From Pelomyxa schiedti (Eukaryota; Protista; Evosea), in the NCBI GenBank assembly GCA_020536535.1, contig JAHLWZ010000868.1:1-64000 (forward strand): a stretch of 64,000 nucleotides of DNA. The letters run 5' to 3'. The notes under the pieces are model-generated. The model saw only the letters and a program-made list of their open reading frames with translations, was not told where the DNA came from and searched no databases. Positions 1 to 10,843 of the stretch are shown here, piece by piece; the stretch's first letter is position 1, and each line of letters opens with the position of its first letter. A program made the translations under genes and the position numbers.

Positions 1-577
1 AGCCAGGGGCCCACTCCTCCACTTGCGGCCAGCCAACCTCCGACTCCATGCTTGTGCCCACAGACGCAATCACCCTCCGGGGTGGTTGTGCTGTGTGGGG
101 AGTTCCCTCACAAGCCTCTGGGGTTGCCCCCCCCCCCTTGGGGGGGGGGGCCAGAGGGGAGCGCTGCTGAGCCAGTGTGGAGGGAGAGGCCCCTCCAAAA
201 TTGACGTGGCTCCAGGGGCAGCGGGGGTGACACGCGCAGCAGCGGGGTGGGGCAACAGCGGCGCAGAGCGGGGATCCCTGCGATCGTGCGTTTGCATCCA
301 TGGGGGGGAGACGGGACGGACCACCACACTTGACGACGACGGCGGGGGGCGCGTGGCGCGCTCCGTTGGGAGTGGGGCTCTGCTCGTGGAGTGGCGGCCA
401 GACGAGCGGTCCGGCGTGCGTTTCTGCTGTCAGCATCCCACTTCGTCGCCGTGCGGCGGCCGCGTGCGGAGCGTGCTCCGTTCGAGACGAGGCAGAGGCG
501 GCATTCGTGGTCCACCTCGCCGGTGACACCCCGCGGCTGGGAGACACTGCCTGGGTCTCCGTGGGTTGGTGTGGCAT
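1..577 (-). CDS. 5' part of an unknown gene (Pro/Ala-rich N-terminus), running off the window edge
   Basis: ATG at 577 opens a frame MPHQPTETQAVSPSRGVSPARW... with no stop before position 1, which is why it is absent from the ORF track. It is GC-rich like other first exons. Confidence 0.55.
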   Translation of the reverse strand, partial: MPHQPTETQAVSPSRGVSPARWTTNAASASSRTEHAPHAAAARRRSGMLTAETHAGPLVWPPLHEQSPTPNGARHAPPAVVVKCGGPSRLPPMDANARSQGSPLCAAVAPPRCCACHPRCPWSHVNFGGASPSTLAQQRSPLAPPPKGGGATPEACEGTPHTAQPPRRVIASVGTSMESEVGWPQVEEWAPG

Positions 578-745
578 TGAGTTGCCTCTGCGTTTGTGGT
601 GTTTCCTCACAGGGTGCTGGGCTGAAAAGACCAAGTGCCAAAGCCCCTTCACGAGCCGTTTCCCTGCCAGCCAAATTGGATCAAATAAAAGAAATTCTTC
701 CTTTTCCCTCAATACACTTTTTTGAAAAGTCTTGCTTTATTTCCT

Positions 746-1798
746 TTAAGGGAGTGGTTGCCACTGGAACCCTTCAGAGGACGCTTCTATAACATGACCA
801 AGTCCTGGGAAGGGGAAATGTGACAGGAAAACAAGGCTTCTGTTGGTGGCAGCCCTGGTTATTTTAAAAGGGTAAGTTCAATGGAAAGAGAGGATAAAGA
901 AACTCACTGATGGAAAACACGGTTCCTTGTCTCAGTAATCATATCCGCACGGAAGTCAAGGGAATAAGCCCAGTCAGTGTGAGCCATGTGAATATCAGTG
1001 ACAACCAAGTCTCCAAGGCACAACAACTCCTGAGACCCAGAATGTATACGGACTCCCATGTGTCCAGGAGTGTGGCCTGGAGCCATCATCACGTTAACTC
1101 CGGGTACAATTTCCTGGCCGTCGGATTCTATTAGCATCAAGCGGGCCGAGAGCAGAGGGAACTTGTCTTTCAGGAGGTCGAAAACGAGTTTGTTCTGGAC
1201 ATTTGGTTCCTCCGCCAAGAATCCCTTCCAAAATGCATGCTCAGAAGCACATAGAACAAACTTCGCATTGGGGAAAATATGCACTCCTCCTATCTTGAAT
1301 GTCAATAAGTAAGGTTTCAACCATTGCAACACAAAGCAAAAAAAAAAAAAAGAAAAACCTAAGTCACCTAAATCCACAGACAACAAACATCACACTACAG
1401 TTACGAATACAAGTGCATACATGGTCAGGATGAGCATGAGTGATGACCACAAACTCCACGGCGGCGGGGTCAACCCCAGCCAAAGCGAGGCTCTCCCCAA
1501 GCCTCCCAGTGTTGGGCCCCAGAAGCCCCCCGCACCCCGCATCCACAACCACCACCCTCTCAGTCTCCCCCACCCTTACCCGCACCACCATGCACAGGTA
1601 CGGCAGAGTCATCTCCTTGAGGTCCGCGCTGCCCGGCATCCCGCGCTTGGCCAGCTGCCTGTCTAGCTCCTCCCGCGGGGCCGTGGGCCAGAACACAGCG
1701 AGGGGCTGGAACATTGGGGGTGCAAACGTGCCCTGCCCGTCACTCACAACCGTGCACCGCACATTCCCTCCCACTTGTATTTCTTTGATTGCTGCCAT
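746..1798 (-). CDS. Metallo-beta-lactamase-fold hydrolase (AHL-lactonase/MPH/YtnP-like), 2 introns
   Basis: Motifs VDAG, THAHPDH|IGG, APGHTPGH, LGD and C-terminal SHFPFPGLGHV. GT-AG introns at ~1294-1420 and ~855-908. Confidence 0.9.
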
Positions 1799-2072
1799 GC
1801 GTGTGTAACTTCCTGTGGGGTTTGTGTTTTTTCGTTCTTTTAGGAGATGATATTTTGATTTGGTTTATGTGCACCTGAAAATTGGTGAGGAAAAGGTGGA
1901 GAGATTTTTGTTTGTGCTTGTTTTGGGGAGAGCAGAGTAAATGGGGAGTAATTTCTTAGTTTTACAACACATTATTACTTTGGCATAATCATACAACAAG
2001 GTTAGTGGCAGTGTCAAAAATTGGGGGTTGGGTTTTGGGGTTGATTGCTGGGGGTTTGTGAAGGTTGTATAA

Positions 2073-5051
2073 TTAAAGAGTGGCTGATGCTGTTGTTGGG
2101 GGTGTGAAATTTGGGTGAGGGTGCGAATGTGCGTGAGAATCATCTTGTACTCTAAGCCTAGCACCACCAATGAGTCTGCCTTGTTGTGCCGCAACAGTTC
2201 GAAACAGTTGGCACTGTGTTGGGCTGCCTCTTGATGTGGGTGATGGCGGTGGTTCCCCATCCATGGAAATAACCAATTGGGTGGCTGTGCTTGCTTGTAG
2301 CGTTTGAAGTGATGATGCTGATAGCTTGTAAAGCGGTACTCTGGCATTAGGATCAGTAGTGGTCTTTGAATCAGACCCAATAGATAGTACAACACTAGGT
2401 GGGAGTCTTATGGTTGCCATAGCATATAGTTGGGTTGCTTGAGTGGAATGCCATGTTGAAGTGAGTGGTGGTGTTCCCGGCGTTGTGGGGACATTATTTT
2501 CTGGTGTGAGCAGGATTGTTTCACTTGAACTGGAAGTGGTTGTGGAAATTGGGGGTGATGGCGTGGAAGTGGGTGCCCCGGCTGTTGATGTATGTATTTG
2601 TGTTGGGGTGTTAGTAGCGGGGGTATGATTTGCTCGCGTGGGTGTTGGTGAAGCTAGTGCTGCACCATTATTGCTAGCTATACAGTTAGAGGAGTAGGAG
2701 TGGTTGTGGACATTTTGAAGTGGAGTTGGGTCATCAATATCGAGCGGCATTGTACTGGCAACGAGACACGCCGCTCGCCTCTCTGTTCTTGACTTAGGTG
2801 GTAAGTGTGGGTGAGGAGTGTTGGTGATTTGGAACATAGATTGGCTTCGGCTTAGTTGAAATCGGTTCTGGGGGGCTGCAAAGATTTCCTGGTGAAGAAA
2901 GGAATTGGAAATGGAGGATTTGAGGGAGACGAAGAGAAAAATTACTAACTCACATCATGAGAGGAAATCAACGTCTCCAGTAAAAGAGTTGTCGTCTTCA
3001 CATCTCGCAAAAGGCCAAATGCAGCATCACCCACGGTGGTGGGAGTGCTAGTGCTGTCACGCGTAAGATTTGGTCCAAGAACTATAGCTAAGTTTCTGCT
3101 AGTCATCTGCGTTATAGCTGATGCAGCAATGCTTTTAGAAAAGGTAAACAGAAAGAAATTGAACAGAGTTGATACCTGGCACAAAGTGAAGTTAACTCGG
3201 ATAAAAGATGCCTATGAGATGATGGAAGCTGACAAAGAACTTTACCGATGGCAAGGTTCCTGGCAGTACTCTCCTGGATGTTGAGTGCTGTTGTGAATTC
3301 AGCAGTCATGGTTGTTGGCAGAAGGGGCTCTACAAGGAAAAAATGTGTTATTAGTTGTTTCTTTGTTTAAATAAGATTCAACCTGGTAAAGAACGAAGAA
3401 AAAGTTTAAGAAGACCAGCCAACGAATGTGGGTTTGTGTTATCAGGAAGTGGTTTCCCTTTATCCAGGAGTTTGACACAGTTATCAATTTCAGCTTTGAG
3501 TCCTATAGCCAAGTGTCCAGTCAGTAACAAGAGAAAGAAAAAAGTTGTGGTGCCTGGAACTCTGAAAATTCCTTCTTCTTTGGTGCCAACCACCAATAAC
3601 CTTTTTATCATAGTTTTTATCTGGAATAACGTGGATGAGTACCTCCAAATTGAGTACAAAAGGTACCTGAAGAGGAATTTTACTATGTGACGCCACTTCC
3701 GCTGGCCTCTTTACAAGTGTATCCAGAGATACCCCGAAAAGGCGGGTATGAGTTGTGCCAGGGCTGCCAAGTAACTGAGAAAAACTTGTGGTAAAAAAGG
3801 GAATGTTACATGTAGCTGGCAAGGTGCTCACTCAGAGTTGCCACCCAAGTGTCTCCCTCCTCTTTATCAGCAGCCCGCAGAATATAACTGTCATGATTAA
3901 AATGGGATGTTGGGCTCGACAAACTACCTTCGTACAGGCGTGTGGATTGCAAATGTGTTTGCATGTCCTACTTTCTTGCATATTGCTGGACCATGCTCTA
4001 AAAAGCTATCAGTGTCAAGTGTGACCGCACCAAGAAGTTCTTTCTTTTGTGCACCTTAATATTTAGTGTGAGTAAAGGTAAAGAGCCTAGTGAAAATGAA
4101 AAATACTTTCATAATATGACAGCGTTGAATTGTGCATGTCAAACCATCTCTTTTGCCAAGAAATGTTGCCCTTCTTCCCTTGTTTGTGTAGCCACCCTTC
4201 TTTCATTAACACTGAATCGAAGGGAAGTAACGTGACTCTAAAAGGTGTTGAGACCAAAGAAAAGCATAAAAGAAAGATACTGCACAGCACAAGCGACATT
4301 GGGTTCAGATTCGATACGAGGGTGAATATCTACCCACGTTGAAAGTGGTGCTGTTAAGTGCAGAACTTCTTTCATGGAGATTGAAGTCATTCCAATGAGT
4401 AGATCTTGAGGACTTGTAGGGGTACCAACAGTTTGAGGGGTAGATGGAGTCGCAGGGGGGGTTTCTACAACAGAGGCAGAAGAGGCTGTTGTATTAGAGG
4501 GTGGGTTTGGTGTAATAGGAGATATTAAGGTTGCCAAAGGGGTAGGATTTTGTGGTGTGGGAGTTGCAGATGGGGGGTTCTCAGTGCTCATTGTGTACCA
4601 ACACTCAAGAATAATTTCATCTGTTTCTTTCACACCTTCAAAGAGCAACTCCTCGTCCCTGCATAACAAGATGGAGAGGCGAAACGCGTGATTAAGGTCA
4701 TTGAAGAGCAATTGTAATATCGAACCATGCAGGAATTTTGATATTCCGCGTAATACCAGTGAATCTATCGGCGAGTCTATGTCGTAACACAACGAAACAC
4801 CCCACGGGTGCACTTGGGGTGCAGGCACTCTCTTGGAAATCAAAACTTGTTAAAAAAAAAAAAAAAGAAAGAAAAGGGTGGCACTCACCCGTCGACGAAG
4901 AGGTAGCAGCAGAAGAAGAAGGCTGCGCAGGTCCATGACTGCCAGTGCTGAGAGCAGTTGTCCAGGAGACAGGTGGCGAAGGCAACCCAGCGGCGCACAT
5001 AACGACAATGCGTAAACACCGATGCTTACGCTGGTAACCTCTCGTCTTCAT
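2073..5051 (-). CDS. C2-PH-RhoGAP protein with Ser/Thr/Pro-rich tail, multi-exon
   Basis: C2-like LRIVVMCAAGL...PAW|DEELLF. PH: KEGWLHKQGKKGNISWQKRWF. RhoGAP: LFGVSL, EEGIFRVPG, HSLAGLLKLFLRSLP, MTSRNLAIVLGPNL. Confidence 0.88.
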
Positions 5052-5393
5052 CCCTAACGAAACAGCCACAAAAACAGTAAACCAAACTTAAGCAAGAAAA
5101 AGAAAAACGTGGGGGAGTACGGGAGGGGAAGGGGGGAGAAAAAAAAAAAAGCGGTGGTACCTCCTTATTTCTCAACAACAATCTGCGACCCCCACCGCAA
5201 TAAACGCACCGCACCGCACTGTCTTGTCACAAGTGACCCCAGTCGTTGCAACCACCTTGTTTTTTCTTTCTTTTTCGAAAAAACTTCTCACTCGCAGATC
5301 GCACAAAGGGGATTTTAAAACAACTTTTCGTGGCATCTCAAAAAAGGGCAGAAGTTTTTTTTTCCCTTTTTTTCTTGTGCGGCAGCAGATGGC

Positions 5394-7932
5394 TCAGGTG
5401 ACTTGGGTGTTGTTTGTTTGACTGGAGGCTGCTATCCCTTCGTCTCTATCCATTACGGTTGTTGTGCCTGTTCGCGATTCTGATTGAGGTAGTGAGGGTT
5501 GTGGTTGTGCTTCTGAGGTTTCTGCCTGTGGTTGTGGCTGTGATTGTGATTGTGATTGTGTTTCTGAGGATTGTGTCAGTTGTGGCTGTGGTTGTGACTG
5601 CGGCTGTGGGCTGACATCATTGTTGGTGGAGGTGGTGGTGGGTTGTCGTGTTGTTGTGTTGGTTTCTGGGAAAGCACTTGGTGCCTCCATGGGGATGTCT
5701 GCGGGAGCACTGTGTGGATCTTGAGGTTGGGCTTGTGGCGAAACTGCTGAGTTTGATGATGGGGTTGCGGTTGTAGTGGATGTAGATGTTGGTGTTGTTG
5801 TTGGTGATGTTGTTTCTGTTGGGTCTTGTTTGGTTTTTTTGGGTGTCATGCGCCACTTGTTTTTTGCCTTCATGTTGGCAACAGCCATCCTTACATCCTT
5901 ATGGTCTTTGAGTGTAAAGTATAAGAGAGTTGGTAGAACTTACAGTATCCCAGCCTCCAGTGGTGAGATTGTACATTGGGAATTCTTGCTCCAGCCTCCC
6001 CTGTTCAGAGTCTCTTACTTGAGTTAGGTACTCCTTGGAAAGTCGAAGTACTTGCTGGGATTTATTTGAGTGGTGACAGCAAGTCAGTTTTGTTGGAAAC
6101 TACCTCACGCCCCATTCTCGACAGTACAGCGGTAAGCTGTTTGTACACGGTATTGAGCATTAAAACATCTTGGCTGGCATACTGAATTCTGATTAATAGT
6201 TCCTCTCGCAAATGGACGAAAGTACCATTAATGCCAATTGGTCAATTGGTCGTTTCAACCAAAAGTTCTCATCTTTGTCCATTTGCTCGCGAACAGCTTC
6301 TTTTGTTTCATGTTGTAAGCCTTTTCCATACTTCCTTGGTTCTGTAAATATTCGCGTTTCTTTTTGAGAAAATACCTCAGGAGTGTTGTTAAGCTGACAG
6401 GAATTGGTGTAGAGTTACCAAGTTGCCTCTCTGTTTTTTTTTTTCCCCTTAAAACAATCACAAAAAAGTGCCTGAAGTATTACCAATTACAGCATATGCT
6501 ATCTGAGTGTCCCACACATTTTGCAGTGTCACCCCGCAATTGTGAAACAAGGCATCACTTTTTTTTTGGTTGGTTGTTGTTTGTATTCAAGTGTAATACC
6601 TATCGCTGCGGCAGTCGTGAAATATTTTCAGTATTTCCTTTGATTCCAGTATGTCTTGAAGACCAGAACTAAACATTCCCGTGGCAATTTCTTTGTTTGC
6701 GACATCAAACAAAAAAGCTTGCTGAGAAGTGTTGAATACATAACTTAGTTTGGAAGAAATAATACCTGATTGGGTGTTGCCACCTGAATAAGACATGTTA
6801 TTCCCTTTCTGCCAAGATTGACACCCTCACAGTCCACTCCAATAATTTTGTGCCTGGGAAATTTTAGTACGAAGTCAATTTGGAGAGGGGTGTGATACTT
6901 CTTAATTTCCGTTGTTGCCAATCGGCATTGTTCAACAGTCTCTATCAGTGCAAAGACATCTTCGACCGGAGCAGCTGAAATAACAGCTGTGCTTGGCCCA
7001 CGCACAGCAACTGTTGAAGGTTTAAGGGAGGTTGATGAGGTTGAGTTGGTTTGGGTTTGTGAACAGTGAAGAGGTGCAAGTGATTCAAATAGCCTGGGGC
7101 GTTTGGGTGTAGGTTCGGCAGCGGCGAGTGTAGAGTCGTTATTTTGTTTCGGTGTAGTGTGTTTCAATGCTGGGTTGGGGCTACGTGCATTACCAAATGC
7201 CATAGTGGAATTCCCGCCTGGCGTGACTGGCTTTGGCGCAGTCGACCTGGCCACGGATGCATATGTTTTTGCGTTTGCGTTTGCGTTCGCGATTGATGTG
7301 TGTGTATTTGTGTGCGTGTTTGTGTTTGCGTTTGTGTTAGCGTTTGCGTTTGTGATTGTGGCAGCGGCCCCTTTACTCACAGAACAGGCAGCCGCCGTCG
7401 ACGTTGACGCAGGCAGCTTCTTCGTCGCTGCGGCCGAGGTGGGTTTGGCAGTGCTGGAATGGTTGATCCCCAGAGGAGAGCCGTCGTTTCGCTTGGGCGC
7501 GGAGTTGCCTGACTTGGGCGAGGCAGTGGCGCCGGGCGCGGACTTGGTGCCCACCGCGGCCGTGGGCTTCCCACAATTTGGGTTCGCCCGGCCGGCGTTG
7601 CCACCGCTGGCGCCACCACTGCTCCCTTTGCTTTTGAGTGACGGGGATTGGGGCTTGTTCTTTTTCGTCTTCGCCTTTGCCCCTTCGCACAACGGTTTTT
7701 TCTTCGCGAGCCCGTCACCACCACCCCCCTCTTTCTTTTTCGGCGGCGGCGCTGTAGTTTTGGTAGTAGTGGCAGTTGCTGTCGTAGTAGCAGGAGACGG
7801 CGAGGGAGCCTCGTTCGACGGGGGCGAGGGCGGCCCCGAAGGCAGGCTCAAGGGGCGTGGGATGGGGCGCTTGGCGTTGAGCGGCACTGCAACCGACTTG
7901 GCATCGACAAGCCGGCTGGTGTCGTCTTGCAT
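5394..7932 (-). CDS. EXD1-like DEDDy 3'-5' exonuclease with long low-complexity N- and C-termini
   Basis: IGVDCEG (ExoI), LIQVAT, KIFHDCRSD, WDTQI, FWLKRP and YASQD (ExoIII) across GT-AG introns. Confidence 0.85.
7260..7352 (-). repeat. Coding hexamer repeat (AACGCA/AACACA)n encoding NA/NT/HT dipeptides
   Basis: TNANANTNANTNTHTNTHTSIANANANA in the EXD1-like N-terminus. Confidence 0.8.
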
Positions 7933-8045
7933 TGCGGTGAAATTCGAGGAGAAAGAAAAGAAAAAAGAAAAAAAGGGGTTCACTTTTTTTTTTTTAAATA
8001 AGAAACGACAGTCAAAGGGAGTGCGGATTTGGCAGGCATTTAGCT

Positions 8046-8655
8046 CTAAGAGCAGTAGCAAATGTCCCAGTGGTTGGACTCGTTGTAGTAGATGTTTCCG
8101 GCCTTGGACTCCCAGTGTGTAGAGTCAACCTTGGTGAAAGAGGACGTGATGTAGTTTGTAATGCAAGAGGTGTAGCTGATATCTAGCTTGTAGCCGTTCC
8201 AGTGCGAGAATGTGCCGGAGGCGTGGCCAGTCTGTACTCGCGAGTTAGGAAACAAAAGATCAGTTCAGAAGGGAGTTCGCACCTCTGTTCCACCAGTGAT
8301 GGTAATGGCACAACCAGAGGAACTCTTCAGGGTAATGATATCATCCTGTGTGCATTTGTTCACCTGTTCCAGAGAGGTACACGTCGACTTGTACCTGGAC
8401 GTGTTGTTTATTTCTTGTACTCGAAAAATTACGGAAACGCAAATTAAAAAAAAAAGGGTTCGTGTCATGAATTGTTGAAGGGAAAAACCTGTCGGTGCAA
8501 CCGCCAGAGGAAGAAATAGAAATGCCAGCGCCGGTGATCTTAGTCCTTGCTTGGCTGTCGGTGAGTTTCGTCTGACCACACGTCTGCGAGGAGCATGTCT
8601 GTCCCACAACCGCGGCAACGCACAAGCAAACAACAAGCAAAACGGGTGCTCTCAT
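8046..8655 (-). CDS. Small secreted Cys-containing protein with putative Hedgehog-N/M15 (LAS) zinc-peptidase-like fold, 2 introns
   Basis: Signal peptide MRAPVLLVVCLCVAAVVG. Spliced core ISSSGGCTDR|YKSTCTSLEQ...ITITGGTE|TGHASGTFSHWNGYKLDI...YYNESNHWDICYCS. H-x6-D motif. Confidence 0.8.
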
Positions 8656-8793
8656 CTCTGTTTGTGTTTTTTTTTGTGTTCTGATTTTCGTTCGTGGGTG
8701 TTGGGCACAGTTTTCCGATTTGTGCAGTGCATATTTTTAGGTCACAACGTGCAGCAGTTGTGCACAGAAAACTCGGTGACGGGTTCAGGGTAA

Positions 8794-10638
8794 TCACAAC
8801 CAAGGAAAGGGCTCGTCGGTTTCGGCTCGTGTTGCCAGAGGGTGCAGCCCAGTAGTGCTTTCTACAAACCAAACGGCGTCGTATCTAGTGAATGTAAATC
8901 AATGTAAGGCCACAACGAGTCCTGACTTCGCAACTATGGGAAGCCAACCTTTGGGCTAAGTTTGTGGGCACGTAGTTGGAACTGGGTTCTTTTTCTGGCT
9001 AGAAACGAACTGCATGAATACAAGTTGCAAATGTTGTTGGATTGTACCTTGTATACAACGCCTATTGCCCGCTGCATTTTCACAGTATCGAAACCTGGGT
9101 TGCCCTTCATGATGTGAATTCTATCGGTACCTCCTGTTCGTAATTCCGAGTCCCCTTTGTATTTGTTTAAAAAAAGGCTGAAATTAATGCTTAAGTAATA
9201 CATGAGCCAAATGCTGCCGGTGGAACCTTCATTTCTTTTGTTTCGTCTCCCCACTTGCGTGATGCCATTACCTTTCAATTATTATACATTGCCGTTGTTA
9301 AGTTGACTGTGTTGAGCTACTTTACCTGTCCTTTGTAAGTTGAAAAGCCTATGAGGTACACTGAAGTTTTTGAGTATACTTCACGCAATAACTGGCCAAT
9401 ATTTACCATCCCTTGAGGTAATTTTACCAACACTACCAAGGCACTACAATATACCACACTTAGCCATGTCAGTTGCACGGGCATCGCCTTATTCATTGAG
9501 TTAAGAATGGAGTACGGGTAAAGGACTGCACACCAACATGAGTATTGTGTGCCCAAATGATTCCCTTCGATTTGGGATGAACATGTAAGAGCCTTTGCCA
9601 ATGTTAGTTCTTAAAACTAATCAGTACTTACTGGCTGACAGTTTCAATCATGTGTCTATCTCGAATATTCCAGGATTCAGGCCCACCTACGGGATTTGAG
9701 TTGCAATAACGTGTATTTCTTTGATACCAAACAGTTGTTGTCGGTAATATCTCTCCGCATTTGCTGCCACCAGGCAATTTTGTACCACATTTAGTGCCTC
9801 ATCTTTGTCACCATACATGTGAGCGTTTGCCAGCATCTGAGACAGCAATTCCAAAACAGGTTTTTCACATGACTGGGGAATGAAAGGAGCAATAGAGGAA
9901 TAACAGCTTGTATTTCCGAAATTCTATTCCAATGTTAGGATCTAATTGACTGTGTAACAGCATTCCGAAAAACATTTCATGGCCTTCTTAGCAATCGGCA
10001 CGGATTGAGGGTCATGCTTCTTGAGGTAATCAAAGGTAACTTGTAGAGACTGCCCAAGGCTGCCAAAAGTGAACAATAACATACTATATTCCAATGTAAA
10101 ACCTGTAAACATCAAGTCCGTAAAATCCAATAGGCTGCCTTGTGCTCCCACTGTTAAAGTGCTTCAGCCATTCAACAAATTCTGCAACTTCTTCATTCGC
10201 CCACATCCAAGTTGGCCATCTATGGAACTGTGATAAGACCTCTTTTGCCAAGCCATTCTCTTCCCCCTTGACAAAACTTATGTATGTTAGGGAGCTAAAA
10301 GAATTCGGCACTGATACCAGTTGATTTTGTAACAATCAGGCCAATCACCTTCCACAGCCACCCAATCAAACTCCTTTTCTAGAATCAGGCGCTTTGTCAA
10401 TGCTATTCTCTTCCTTTATTTACCATTGTTGATCTCACACCATTTAGGAAAAGAGGTTGAGAGGATACATGTAAAATTCGGAAGTTCCATGTGTCGCCTC
10501 ACCAATACACACCAACCTTACATCACTCCCAACTTCATCCAACAACACATCCATAGTTCCCATCTAAATTGTTTCAAAAAAACAAAAAACCACATGATTG
10601 AGCCAATACACGTGACTATTGTGCAAAACAGTAGCCAT
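8794..10638 (-). CDS. Erythromycin-esterase (EreA/EreB/Bcr136) family hydrolase, ~11 introns
   Basis: IGEATHGTSEFY, VAVEGDWPD, FHRWPTWMWANEEV, FYGLDVYSL, SWNIRDRHM, IIWAHNTHVGDARAT, QRAIGVVY, RYDAVWFV. Confidence 0.92.
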
Positions 10639-10843
10639 TGAACAGTCACAGGATTGAGCATGATTATTAATAATATTAATCTGTTTGGAGTCGAAACGAT
10701 CGTGAGGCGGATCGACACCAGCAGTGTTCGGCTCAGACCTCCTGAAGAAACACCCCCAAACGTAAGGAACACTTCCAGAGGGGTTGTTCTCGTTAATCAT
10801 CAGCCTTCGCAGAAGCCATTCGAATTCCCGTTGATTCTCGAAA

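Noticed and set aside
127-150. C11-TT-G11 perfect hairpin
   Set aside because: It is explained by coding sequence (APPPKGGGA) in an open frame, with no other evidence of function.
7103-8122. Long antisense ORFs (also 25349-25984, 28209-28946, 53553-54491, 60262-60852)
   Set aside because: They mirror GC-rich or low-complexity coding sequence on the opposite strand and show no independent protein features.
10415-10468. Possible U12-type intron (donor GTATCCTC)
   Set aside because: The donor departs from GTATCCTT and there is no TTCCTTAAC branch site near the acceptor.
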